Source of the DNA: Actinomycetota bacterium
GTDB lineage: Bacteria; Actinomycetota; UBA4738; HRBIN12
Reading direction: 5' to 3'
NCBI GenBank assembly: GCA_046330185.1
Contig: JAXLTF010000015.1
Location: 7,224 to 71,223, forward strand
DNA: 64,000 nucleotides
Shown here: piece after piece, positions 18,311 to 27,112 of the stretch
How positions within the stretch are numbered: position 1 is the stretch's first letter
Layout of the letters: the number at the start of each line of letters is the position of its first letter
The notes under the pieces: model-generated
Told to the model about the DNA's origin: nothing
Databases searched by the model: none
Seen by the model: only the letters and a program-made list of their open reading frames with translations
Position numbers and translations under genes: made by a program

Positions 18311-19552
18311 ATGAGCGGGCACCTGGGCGGCCTCGACGTCGACGCGATACGCGCCGACTTCCCGATCCTCGCGCGGACGGTCGGGGACAAGGCGCTCGTC
18401 TACCTCGACAGCGCCGCCACGTCGCAGAAGCCACGCCAGGTGATCGAGGCCGAGGCCGACTTCTACGCACACCACAACGCGAACGCTCACCGAGGGATCT
18501 ACCAGCTGGGAGAGGAGGCGACCGAGCGTTTCGAGGGGGCGCGGGCCAAGCTGGCCGCGTTCTTCGGAGCCCCGGGGTCCGAGACGATCGTGTTCACGCG
18601 CGGGACGACCGAGTCCATCAACACCATCGCTCAGGGTTGGGGCCGGAAGTTCCTCCGCGCGGGCGACCAGGTGCTCCTGACCGACATGGAACACCATTCG
18701 AACATCGTCCCCTGGCAGATGACCGCGGCCACGACCGGCGCCGAGCTGCGGTTCATCCCGCTCACCGACGACGGGCTGCTGGACCTCTCGGAGCTGGGAT
18801 CGCTCCTGACCGAACGGACGAGGGTCCTGGGCGTTACCGGGATGTCGAACGCGCTGGGAACGATCACGCCGCTGCGGCAGCTGATCGAAGCCGCCCATGC
18901 CGCCGGGGCGATCGTCGTGGTCGACGCCGCGCAGCTGGCGCCTCACCATGCGATCGACGTCGCGGCGCTGGACTGCGACTTCCTGGCGTTCAGCGGGCAC
19001 AAGATGCTGGGACCGACCGCATCCGGGGGCTTCTACGGGAAGGCCGAGCTGCTGGATGCGATGGACCCGATGCTCGGCGGCGGAGAGATGATCCACGAGG
19101 TGTTCCACGACCGCAGCACGTTCAAGCCGATCCCCTACAAGTTCGAGGCCGGCACGATGCAGATCGCGCAGCAGGTCGGCCTGGGCGCGGCCATCGACTA
19201 CCTGGAGGCGCTCGGCATGGACAAGGTCAGAGCGCATGAGGAGGAGATCACCCGGTACGCGCTGGATCAGCTGCTCGAGGCGGGGGCGACGGTCTACGGA
19301 CCGAAGGACGCATCGGTCCGCGGAGGCGCGGTGTCGTTCTGGCACAAGGACGTCCATCCTCACGACCTGGCCACGATCCTGAACGAGGAGGGTGTGGCCA
19401 TCCGCGCGGGCCACCACTGCGCGCAGCTCGTGATGCGACGGTTCGACACGCCTGCCACCGCGCGGGCCTCGTTCTACGTGTACAACACGAAGGACGAGGT
19501 GGACCTGCTGGTCGATGCGCTCGAGAAGGCCGAGGGCATCTTCGCGGGCTAG
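18311..19552 (+). CDS. sufS: Cysteine desulfurase SufS (group II)
   Basis: Inner ATG at 18311 of ORF 18188..19552. ...YLDSAATSQKP..., HHSNIVPWQ, the PLP-lysine motif SGHKMLGPT, and the catalytic Cys in RAGHHCAQ. Confidence 0.95.
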   Translation: MSGHLGGLDVDAIRADFPILARTVGDKALVYLDSAATSQKPRQVIEAEADFYAHHNANAHRGIYQLGEEATERFEGARAKLAAFFGAPGSETIVFTRGTTESINTIAQGWGRKFLRAGDQVLLTDMEHHSNIVPWQMTAATTGAELRFIPLTDDGLLDLSELGSLLTERTRVLGVTGMSNALGTITPLRQLIEAAHAAGAIVVVDAAQLAPHHAIDVAALDCDFLAFSGHKMLGPTASGGFYGKAELLDAMDPMLGGGEMIHEVFHDRSTFKPIPYKFEAGTMQIAQQVGLGAAIDYLEALGMDKVRAHEEEITRYALDQLLEAGATVYGPKDASVRGGAVSFWHKDVHPHDLATILNEEGVAIRAGHHCAQLVMRRFDTPATARASFYVYNTKDEVDLLVDALEKAEGIFAG

Positions 19553-19580
19553 CCGCTAAGCGTCCCGATGTAGGTCCCTG

Positions 19581-19627
19581 AGGCTCACCTCCTTGCCTTC
19601 GTGGCTCTATTCCGTCGAGGTGAGCCT
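19581..19627 (+). terminator. Stem-loop downstream of sufS
   Basis: aggctcacctc (19581-19591) is the exact reverse complement of gaggtgagcct (19617-19627), with a 25-nt loop. It lies in a locally less GC-rich 165-nt gap. No U-tract follows. Confidence 0.3.
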
Positions 19628-19717
19628 GGTGCCTTCTCGGGCCCGTTCCAAGGAACCTCCGCCGGGACGCATCCCTAGCCGCGAAAGCCTGGACGTTGTG
19701 CCACCCATGGGGTATGT

Positions 19718-20422
19718 ATGGCCCCGATGCTCCGTCGGGGAACCATCAAGCATCGCCTGCTCGTGTGCGCCCTCATCTTCGGCCTGTTCACCATGGCGCC
19801 AGCGGTGGGGCTCGCCGGGACAACGGATGCGTTCGATCGACCCGACGGGGGCTTGGGTTCCACCGAGACCGGTCTCACCTGGTCCGTCTTCAACGGCAAC
19901 TGGGGGATCCGCGCCGATCGGGCGAAGCTCCTATCCGCCAGGTACCGGAACACGATCGCGTACGCCACCGTCGACGCAGGCATGGCGAGCGGCTTCACCG
20001 TGTCGGCAGATATCGCTCTCTCGACGACCCCTCGTCGGGCGAACGCTGGTCTCACGCTCCTGTACGTCAGCCACGCGAACAACCTGTTCTGCAAGGTCGA
20101 GGTGACCCCAGGGAACCCGGGGGGTCTGATGAGCATCGGACGGCGCCTGAACAACGTCACCACCTCGCTCCTCGCATATCGTCGAGACACCGGGTTCGTG
20201 AACGGCAGGACGTATCACGTCTCCTGTGGCCGTTCAGGGAACGTGGTCACGATGACCGTGGAGGGAGCCGACGTGGGATCGCTGACGATCAGCCGAACCT
20301 TGACCTCCGGTGAGCTCGCGGCGCTCGGCTCCGCGACGAGGGTGGGGCTACGGACCCACGCGGCGCGGGACGAGGACGACAAGGGCTCCGTGTACGATGA
20401 TTTCGCCGTGACGGTCCCTTAG
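19718..20422 (+). CDS. Hypothetical secreted protein, possibly a concanavalin-A/LamG-like jelly-roll
   Basis: 234 aa. Signal peptide (HRLLVCALIFGLFTMAPAVGLAG). The mature part starts TDAFDRPDGGLGSTETGLTWSVFNGNWGIRADRAKL, a pattern I associate with LamG/DUF1080-like beta-sandwich modules. The fold assignment is inference only. Confidence 0.6.
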   Translation: MAPMLRRGTIKHRLLVCALIFGLFTMAPAVGLAGTTDAFDRPDGGLGSTETGLTWSVFNGNWGIRADRAKLLSARYRNTIAYATVDAGMASGFTVSADIALSTTPRRANAGLTLLYVSHANNLFCKVEVTPGNPGGLMSIGRRLNNVTTSLLAYRRDTGFVNGRTYHVSCGRSGNVVTMTVEGADVGSLTISRTLTSGELAALGSATRVGLRTHAARDEDDKGSVYDDFAVTVP

Positions 20423-20461
20423 GGCATGGGCGGTTCGCGCGCGGCCAGCTAGGCTCGCAGC

Positions 20462-20917
20462 GTGGCGCTCGACGACATCTACAAGGAAACGATCCTCGAC
20501 CACTACAAGCATCCGCGGAACAAGCGCGAGCTGCCCGGCGCCGAACTCACGTGCACACGCAACAACCCGCTCTGCGGCGACGAGATCACCGTCTCGGTGC
20601 ACCTCGAGGGGGACCGGATCGGCGACGTCGCGTTCCAGGGCGCAGGATGTTCGATCTCGCAGAGCAGCGCGTCGATGATGACCGAGGCGGTCAACGGCTC
20701 GACCGTGGGCGAGGCCCTCGAGCTGGCGGAGGACTTCCGCCGGATGATGGCCGGCGACACGGAGCCCGACGAGGGACGGCTGGGCGACCTCGTCGCGCTG
20801 AAGGGCGTCGTGAGGTACCCGATCCGGATCAAGTGTGCGGTGCTCGCCTGGGACATCCTGCAGGAGGCGCTCGACGGCGCCGGCACGGCAACGGGCTCCG
20901 CACCGCACGCCGTCTAG
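20462..20917 (+). CDS. sufU: SufU (IscU-like zinc-dependent sulfur acceptor for SufS)
   Basis: GTG start. LDHYKHPRN, NPLCGDEITV, GAGCSISQSSASMM, IKCAVLAW. This is the three-Cys SufU pattern. Confidence 0.9.
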   Translation: MALDDIYKETILDHYKHPRNKRELPGAELTCTRNNPLCGDEITVSVHLEGDRIGDVAFQGAGCSISQSSASMMTEAVNGSTVGEALELAEDFRRMMAGDTEPDEGRLGDLVALKGVVRYPIRIKCAVLAWDILQEALDGAGTATGSAPHAV

Positions 20918-20992
20918 CCCAGCTCAGGCCACCGACCCCCACCTATCCGCTGGATGATGGCGAGCGGGCACCGACGCCTCTAGGCTTCGCGC

Positions 20993-22051
20993 GTGCGGAT
21001 CCGGCCATCGCTCGACTGGCTCCTGATCCTGGTCCCCGTCGCGATAGGCCTCGAGGCGCTCGGCGGTCCCGAGCTCTCGGTCTTCCTGGCCTCCTCGGCG
21101 GCGATCCTGCCGCTCGCCGGGCTGATCGGCCGATCGACCGAGCAGCTCGCCCTCCATTCCGGTCCGCGGATCGGCGGGCTCGTGAACGCGACGTTCGGCA
21201 ACGTCACGGAGCTCATCATCGCCGTCTTCCTGATCCTGGACGACCGGATCGAGATGGTGAAGGCGTCCCTCACGGGCTCCATCCTCGGGAACCTGCTGCT
21301 CGTCCTCGGCCTGTCGCTCCTGCTGGGAGGCGTGAAGCACGAGCGGCAGTCGTTCAACGCGCGGTCGGCGTCGGTGCACGCCACGTCGCTCGCCCTGGCC
21401 GTCACCGGGCTGCTCATGCCGGCCCTGTTCGCCCTGGGTGCACGGGGCGCGACGTTCGCGGAGAGGGAGGTCGTGAGCGGCGTGGTGGCCGGCGTCCTGA
21501 TGCTGCTCTACGGCTGCGCCCTCGTCTTCACGCTCGTCACGCACGAGCATCTGTTCCACGCTCCGGCCGAGGGGGAGCGCCCAACCTGGTCCCGCCGCCG
21601 CGCGGTCGCGGTGCTACTGGTGGCGACGTCCCTCGTCGCGTTGATGTCGGAGTTCCTGGTGTCGTCCCTCGAGCCGGCGCTCGAGTCCCTAGGGCTGTCG
21701 GAGCTGTTCGTTGGGCTGATCCTGATCCCGGTGATCGGGAACGCGGCGGAGCATTCCTCGGCGGTGATGTTCGCGCGTCGGAACCAGGTGGACGTCACGC
21801 TCGAGATCGCGATCGGATCGTCCACCCAGATAGCGCTGTTCGTCGCGCCGGTGCTCGTGTTCATCAGCCTGCTCGTCGGCCACCCGATGGACTTCGTGTT
21901 CGGCACCTTCGAGGTGGCGGCGGTGGGGCTCTCAGCCCTGCTGATGACGTTGATCTCGCTCGACGGCGAGAGCAACTGGCTCGAAGGCGCGCAACTTACC
22001 GGCGCGTACGCCATCATGGCCGTGTCGTTCTTCTTCGTGGAGCACCTGTGA
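20993..22051 (+). CDS. Ca2+/H+ antiporter (CAX/ChaA family)
   Basis: 352 aa, GTG start. Two alpha-repeat motifs, GNVTELIIAV and GNAAEHSSAV. About 11 TM segments. Confidence 0.9.
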   Translation: MRIRPSLDWLLILVPVAIGLEALGGPELSVFLASSAAILPLAGLIGRSTEQLALHSGPRIGGLVNATFGNVTELIIAVFLILDDRIEMVKASLTGSILGNLLLVLGLSLLLGGVKHERQSFNARSASVHATSLALAVTGLLMPALFALGARGATFAEREVVSGVVAGVLMLLYGCALVFTLVTHEHLFHAPAEGERPTWSRRRAVAVLLVATSLVALMSEFLVSSLEPALESLGLSELFVGLILIPVIGNAAEHSSAVMFARRNQVDVTLEIAIGSSTQIALFVAPVLVFISLLVGHPMDFVFGTFEVAAVGLSALLMTLISLDGESNWLEGAQLTGAYAIMAVSFFFVEHL

Positions 22052-23856
22052 TGCGGAGGTTACTCATCGTGGCGGGCGCGGCGGCGCTGGCGCTGGTGTG
22101 CGCCCTGCCGGCTCGGGCGCAGGCCGAGGAGACGATCCGCCGATACACGGTCGCCATCGAGATCCGGGAGGACGGCTCGGCCCACGTCGTGGAGACGATC
22201 GCCTACGACTTCGGATCGACGACCGATCACCATGGGATCTACCGGGATATCCCGACCCGGCTCGCGTACGACGATCGGTACGACCGTGTGTACCCGATCG
22301 ACGTCGTGTCCGTGACGGCGACGGGCGGGGCCTCCGCCGCCTACGCGATCGAGGACGCCGGCGGAGGGGTCACGCGGATCCGGATCGGCGATGCGGACCG
22401 GACCGTGACCGGTCCGGTCACCTACACGATCGAGTACGTGGTCCGTGGCGCCCTGAACGGCTTCCGCGACCACGACGAGCTCTACTGGAACGCGATCGGA
22501 GACGACTGGAACGTGCCGATCGAACGCGTCGCCGCCTCGGTGTCCGCGCCCGCACCGATCGAACGGGTGGCGTGCTTCACCGGGTACGTCGGGTCCACGG
22601 AGCCGTGCCGGCGGGCCGAGGTGGATGCGGCCGGCGAGGCGTCGTTCGCGGCGCGCGACCTGTTCCCCTTCGAGGGGATGACGGTGGTCGTCGCGCTGCC
22701 GAAGGGCGCGGTCGCCGAGCCGGCGCCGATCCTTCAGGAGCGCTGGTCGTTCGGGCGGGCCTTCGAGGCCACCGCCGCGTCGGGGACGGGTGCGGGAGCG
22801 GTCCTGCTCCTGGGCGTCGGGGCGTTCGGATACCTCGCCTGGCGGCGCGGGCGCGACCGCCGCTTCGCCGGCTCACCCGTGGACCAGGTCATGGGCAACC
22901 CCGACGGGACCGAACAGACCGTCCCCATCCTCGAGGGCGATGCGTCGGCGCCGGTGGAGTTCGCACCCCCGGACGACGTGCGTCCGGGCCAGGTGGGAAC
23001 GTTGATCGACGAGCGGGCGAACACGCTGGATGTGACCGCCACGATCGTCGACCTGGCCGGACGGGGCTTCCTCATGATCCGGGAGCTGCCCAAGGAGGGC
23101 TGGTTCGCGAAGCAGGACTGGGAGCTCGTGCGGCTGGAGCGCGACGAGGCCGAGCTGCTGCCGTACGAGCGGACGCTCCTGAAGGGACTGTTCCGCGACG
23201 GGAACGAGGTGACGCTCTCGTCCCTGCGCACCACGTTCGCGAAGCGCCTCGAGAGGGTCGAGGACCAGCTATACACCGACTCGGTGAAGCGCGGATGGTT
23301 CCGCCAGCGCCCCGACAGGGTCCGAGCCCGCTGGCAGCTGATCGGGGTGGGGATCTTCTTGCTGGCCGTCGCCCTGGCGTTCGTCCTGGCGCGCTGGACG
23401 CACCTGGGACTTGTGGGGGTCGCGGCGGTGATCGTGGGCATCGTGTTCGTGGTGGGCGCGTCGAGGATGCCGGCCCGTACGGCGAAGGGGACCGCGATGC
23501 TCCGGCGGATCCGAGGGTTCCGGACCGTGATCGAGACGGCCGACACCCACATGTCGCGCTGGGCGGAGCAGGAGAACGTCTTCACCCGCTTCCTGCCCTA
23601 CGCGATCGTCTTCGGCTGCACGGAGAAGTGGGCGAAGGCGTTCGAGCAGATCGGGGCCCCCGCGCAGGACACCTCGTGGTACGTGTCGTCGCGGCCATTC
23701 GTCTTCGCGGACCTCGGGCACGCCATGGATGGCTTCACGGTGGCCACGAGCGGCACGATCGCCTCGACCCCGTCTGTAGCGGGCTCGAGCGGGTTCTCGG
23801 GCGGCGGGGGGTTCTCGGGCGGGGGCGGTGGGGGCGGCGGCGGCGGGTCGTGGTGA
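22051..23856 (+). CDS. DUF2207-family membrane protein with a Gly-rich C-terminal tail
   Basis: In-frame ATG at 22051 inside track ORF 20551..23856, overlapping the cax stop by 1 nt (TGATG). Signal peptide MRRLLIVAGAAALALVCALPARA. ...YTVAIEIREDGSAHVVETIAYDF...HGIYRDIP..., internal TM segments, and a C-terminus of SGFSGGGGFSGGGGGGGGGGSW. Confidence 0.8.
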   Translation: MRRLLIVAGAAALALVCALPARAQAEETIRRYTVAIEIREDGSAHVVETIAYDFGSTTDHHGIYRDIPTRLAYDDRYDRVYPIDVVSVTATGGASAAYAIEDAGGGVTRIRIGDADRTVTGPVTYTIEYVVRGALNGFRDHDELYWNAIGDDWNVPIERVAASVSAPAPIERVACFTGYVGSTEPCRRAEVDAAGEASFAARDLFPFEGMTVVVALPKGAVAEPAPILQERWSFGRAFEATAASGTGAGAVLLLGVGAFGYLAWRRGRDRRFAGSPVDQVMGNPDGTEQTVPILEGDASAPVEFAPPDDVRPGQVGTLIDERANTLDVTATIVDLAGRGFLMIRELPKEGWFAKQDWELVRLERDEAELLPYERTLLKGLFRDGNEVTLSSLRTTFAKRLERVEDQLYTDSVKRGWFRQRPDRVRARWQLIGVGIFLLAVALAFVLARWTHLGLVGVAAVIVGIVFVVGASRMPARTAKGTAMLRRIRGFRTVIETADTHMSRWAEQENVFTRFLPYAIVFGCTEKWAKAFEQIGAPAQDTSWYVSSRPFVFADLGHAMDGFTVATSGTIASTPSVAGSSGFSGGGGFSGGGGGGGGGGSW

Positions 23857-23910
23857 TCGCTCGTCATCTGGCGCCGGCCGGATGAGGCGCCACCCCTATC
23901 ATGGGCGGCC

Positions 23911-24900
23911 ATGCGGATCGTGTTCTCGGAGGACGGACGGGACTTCCAGCGGCGCGACTGGTCGGATCTGGTGGCCGCCGACCCCTCGGGGACCTTCTTC
24001 CACACGCCGGGATACCTGAAGCTCTATTGGGAGGAGTTCGGCGAGCGGCCCGAGCATCTGCTCCTCGCGTTCGCGGAGCTCGACGGTCGGCAGGTGGCCG
24101 CGGTCGCGTTCGAGCGGATCGGCCTGACGCTCCGGTTCCTGGGGGGGACCGAGGTGACCGACTACCTGGGGCCCGTGGGCGACCCCGGCGTCCAGGCGCA
24201 GGTCGCGGAGCAGCTGTGGGCCGCGCTCGTCGAGCGGGACGACTGGGCCGACGCCGATCTGCGGGGGCTGCCGGCGGACCGCTCCTGGCTGGGTCTGCTG
24301 CGCGACGCGGCCCTCGGAAGGGGCATGGCCGTCGAGGAGACCGAGGATCAGAACGGGGTCGCGCCGTTCCTCGAGCTGGCCGACACCTGGGACGGCTACC
24401 TCGCGGCCCTGCCCGCCAAGCTCCGGCACGAGCTCAGGCGCAAGGCGAAGAAGCTCGTGGCCGAGGCCGGCCCGTACTCGATCACGACGGCGACCGCCGA
24501 GACGCTGCACGCGTTCCTGAACCGGTTCGTCGAGCTGCACCGCCTGAGCGAGGGTCCGAAAGGGGTGTTCATGCAGCCGGGCATGGAGATCTTCTTCCGA
24601 CGCCTCGGCGAGGCGTTCCTCCACGACGGCGTCTTCCGGCTGAGCTTCATCGAGGTCGGCGGGGAGCGAGCGGCGGGCACGATCGGCTTCCGGTTCGGCG
24701 AGACGTTCTCCCTCTACAACTCCGCCTTCGATCGCGCGTGGCAGCATCTCGCTCCGGGGATGGTGCTCGTGGGCGAGGACATCCGGCTGGCGATCGAGGA
24801 CGGATGCTCGGCGTTCGACCTGCTGAAGGGCGACTACGCGTACAAGTACCGGTTCGGCGCTCGACCACGCTCGATCCGGCGGCTTGCGGTCAGGCGCTGA
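23911..24900 (+). CDS. GNAT acetyltransferase of the CelD/BioF2-like (Acetyltransf_6) type
   Basis: 329 aa. ...FFHTPGYLKLYWEEFG... and the C-terminal ...FSLYNSAFDRAWQHLAPGMVL...FDLLKGDYAYKYRFGA, recalled as typical of this family. Confidence 0.7.
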   Translation: MRIVFSEDGRDFQRRDWSDLVAADPSGTFFHTPGYLKLYWEEFGERPEHLLLAFAELDGRQVAAVAFERIGLTLRFLGGTEVTDYLGPVGDPGVQAQVAEQLWAALVERDDWADADLRGLPADRSWLGLLRDAALGRGMAVEETEDQNGVAPFLELADTWDGYLAALPAKLRHELRRKAKKLVAEAGPYSITTATAETLHAFLNRFVELHRLSEGPKGVFMQPGMEIFFRRLGEAFLHDGVFRLSFIEVGGERAAGTIGFRFGETFSLYNSAFDRAWQHLAPGMVLVGEDIRLAIEDGCSAFDLLKGDYAYKYRFGARPRSIRRLAVRR

Positions 24901-24906
24901 TCCGGG

Positions 24907-25623
24907 TCAGGCGTCCTCGATCGTGGCGGCGGCGAGCTCGGTGCCGTCCTCGCCGACGATCCTCAGGACGTCGTACGGCTCGAGGCTGGCGCCGGTGACG
25001 ATCCAGGTCGCCGCGTCGCCGTCGTCCGCGAACCGGAGCTCCCCGACCTCGATCGACCGGCCGTCCGGCGACTCGAGGATCGCGGTCGCCACACCCTCGG
25101 ATCCGGGTGCCCGGACCAGCACGATGCCCCAGGACCGGCCATGGTGCGACTCGTACAGGACGACGCTCCCCTCGACCTCGGGCCGGCTCTCCGAAGCGAT
25201 CTCGCCGATGCGGAACTCCTTGCCGCCTAAGGTCTGCAGCAGGCGCCGGTAGCTGTCGGCCCCGGCCTGCGCGAGGTCGGCGCGCCGGTCCGCCGCCGTG
25301 GCGAACGCGATCGAGGCGGCCACGATCGCGACCGCCGCGGCGATCCCGGCGATCGCCGCCCATCGTCGACCGTGCGCCGGGGCCGGCGATGCCTCGCGCC
25401 GTTCCTCATCGAGGACGGTGAGGACGCGCTCGCGCAGCTCGGGCGGCGGCTCGCGATCGTGAGCCGCGCGCGCGAAGCTCGAGAGCCCCTCGCCGAGCCC
25501 GTCGGCCTCGGCCCGGCAGGCGGCGCAGCCTCGCAGATGCTCGCGGACGCCGAGGTCAGCCTCGGCCCCGAGCGTCCCCAGCACGTGCTCGGGGAGCAGG
25601 TCGCGGACCTCCTCACAGGTCAC
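24907..25623 (-). CDS. Anti-sigma factor (zf-HC2 type, single-pass membrane)
   Basis: The GTG start overlaps the sigma gene stop. N-terminal HLRGCAACRAE (HxxxCxxC). TM segment WAAIAGIAAAVAIVAASIAFATA. Extracytoplasmic C-terminal domain. Confidence 0.8.
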   Translation of the reverse strand: MTCEEVRDLLPEHVLGTLGAEADLGVREHLRGCAACRAEADGLGEGLSSFARAAHDREPPPELRERVLTVLDEERREASPAPAHGRRWAAIAGIAAAVAIVAASIAFATAADRRADLAQAGADSYRRLLQTLGGKEFRIGEIASESRPEVEGSVVLYESHHGRSWGIVLVRAPGSEGVATAILESPDGRSIEVGELRFADDGDAATWIVTGASLEPYDVLRIVGEDGTELAAATIEDA

Positions 25624-26182
25624 GGCGTTCCTCCGCCATCGCCTCGCGGAGCCGCAGCAGCGCGCTGCGGATCCGCGTCTTCGCCGTCCCGATCGGGATG
25701 CCCTCGAGCTCGGCGACCTCGGAGCTCGTCTTGCCGCCGAAGTACGCGAGCTCCAGGGCCGCCCGCTGCTCGTCGCTCAGCCGCCCCATCGCCCGCCGCG
25801 CGCGCTCGGCCAGGTCCGCGGTCTCGGCCAGCTCGTCCGGACCGGCCGCTCCGTCCGCCTCCTCGGGGACGCCGAGCGCGTGCAGCGACCGGGACTCCAG
25901 GACGCACCGTCGGAGCGCGTCGACCGCCAGCGAGCGTGCGACCAGGAGCACCCAGGTCTCGAGCCGCCCGCGCGCCGCGTCGTAGCGGTCGGCGCTGCGC
26001 AGGAGCTTGACGAAGGTGTCCTGCACGAGGTCCTGCGCGGCGGCGTCGCTGCCGAGCATCACGATCCCCAGTCCGTACACGCGCGAGGCGAATCGGTCGT
26101 AGAGCGCGGCCGCCGCGCGGGGGTCGCGACGAGAGAACGCCCGCATCAGGGCGGCGTCCGACCCGGGATCACGCTTCATCAT
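25613..26182 (-). CDS. ECF-type RNA polymerase sigma-70 family factor
   Basis: Inner ATG at 26182 of track ORF 25613..26722 gives 189 aa. Region 2 is DLVQDTFVKLL...ETWVLLVARSLAVDALRR. Region 4 is LSDEQRAALELAYFGGKTSSEVAELEGIPIGTAKTRIRSAL. Confidence 0.9.
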   Translation of the reverse strand: MMKRDPGSDAALMRAFSRRDPRAAAALYDRFASRVYGLGIVMLGSDAAAQDLVQDTFVKLLRSADRYDAARGRLETWVLLVARSLAVDALRRCVLESRSLHALGVPEEADGAAGPDELAETADLAERARRAMGRLSDEQRAALELAYFGGKTSSEVAELEGIPIGTAKTRIRSALLRLREAMAEERRDL

Positions 26183-26259
26183 CCTCAGCACGCTAATCCC
26201 GATGGTGTACGGGCGACGAGGCGGCTGGGCTTGCGGACGGGGGTCTGCGTGCCGAAGGG

Positions 26260-27090
26260 CTACACGTACGCGCGCATCGTGCGCAGGACGACGCCGGCCA
26301 GGTCGACGTCGCCACCCAGCACCAGGATGCCTGCGTCGAGGACCTCGTCCGCCGGGAGGCGTCGTGCGGCCACGAGCGCGAGCTGCGGGGCGCGGCCCAG
26401 GATCCAGGCGTCGGCCTTCCCGTCGGGGTCGGGGACCTCGCCGGCCCCGAGACCCCACCGCCAGAAGCCCTGACCGGCTCCGATCACGTCGACCTCGATC
26501 GTGAGCCCTCGCAGGTCGATGCCGGCCCGCCCGAGCGCCCAGGGGAGCATCCGCACCGCCATGTCGATCGTGAGATGGATGGGCCAGTGTTGGTACTCGG
26601 GCCCGAGTCCGTTGGTCGCCCGCATGTCCTCGCCGTGCACCCACCATTCGACCACGCGGGACTGGATCAGGTACTTGGCCGCGATGTCGCCGGAGAGCCA
26701 CTCGAAGCGCCGGGTCCGCCAATCCTCGTCGGACAGCCGCGCGGCGAAGCCCAGGAGCGCCTGCGCGGCCTGGCCCCAGGTCGTGAGGACGTCTCGGTAC
26801 GGCAGCCCGGACCGTCGGTTCACGAGGAACGCGTTCAACCCGTCGACCTCGAATGGCTCATCGCCGAGGCCCGCGCGGTACTCGTCCAGCTCAGCGGCGG
26901 GGTCACCCTTCAGCAGCTGCGCCGCGGCGGTGTCCTGCCCGGCCAGGTGGGCCATCACGTCGCGGTTCCACCAGCCGTCGCACGCGCTCGGCTGCTCCCA
27001 GGTGTCGGGGTCGGCGTACTGGATCATCCGGCCGAGGCGCTGCCGCTCGGCGTGGGCGATGCCGATCAGCTGCTCGCGGTCGAGGCTCAC
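26260..27090 (-). CDS. DinB-like / maleylpyruvate-isomerase-family mycothiol-dependent enzyme (TIGR03083-like)
   Basis: The last 276 codons of track ORF 26260..28731, starting at the GTG at 27090 (VSLDREQLIGIAHAERQRLG...WWNRDVMAHLAGQD...). The remainder of that 823-aa ORF is antisense to the glycerate kinase remnant. Confidence 0.75.
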   Translation of the reverse strand: MSLDREQLIGIAHAERQRLGRMIQYADPDTWEQPSACDGWWNRDVMAHLAGQDTAAAQLLKGDPAAELDEYRAGLGDEPFEVDGLNAFLVNRRSGLPYRDVLTTWGQAAQALLGFAARLSDEDWRTRRFEWLSGDIAAKYLIQSRVVEWWVHGEDMRATNGLGPEYQHWPIHLTIDMAVRMLPWALGRAGIDLRGLTIEVDVIGAGQGFWRWGLGAGEVPDPDGKADAWILGRAPQLALVAARRLPADEVLDAGILVLGGDVDLAGVVLRTMRAYV

Positions 27091-27112
27091 GGCGCGGAAT
27101 CGGCATCGGCCG

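Noticed and set aside
23790-23853. G-rich run (ggcgg... repeats), considered as a simple repeat or G-quadruplex element
   Set aside because: It is in frame and encodes the Gly-rich C-terminal tail typical of DUF2207 proteins. I have no evidence of an independent function.
20551-23856. 1101-aa forward ORF
   Set aside because: The N-terminal 500 codons overlap sufU and the cax gene out of frame and are Arg/Pro/Gly-rich. The real gene is the DUF2207 protein starting at 22051.
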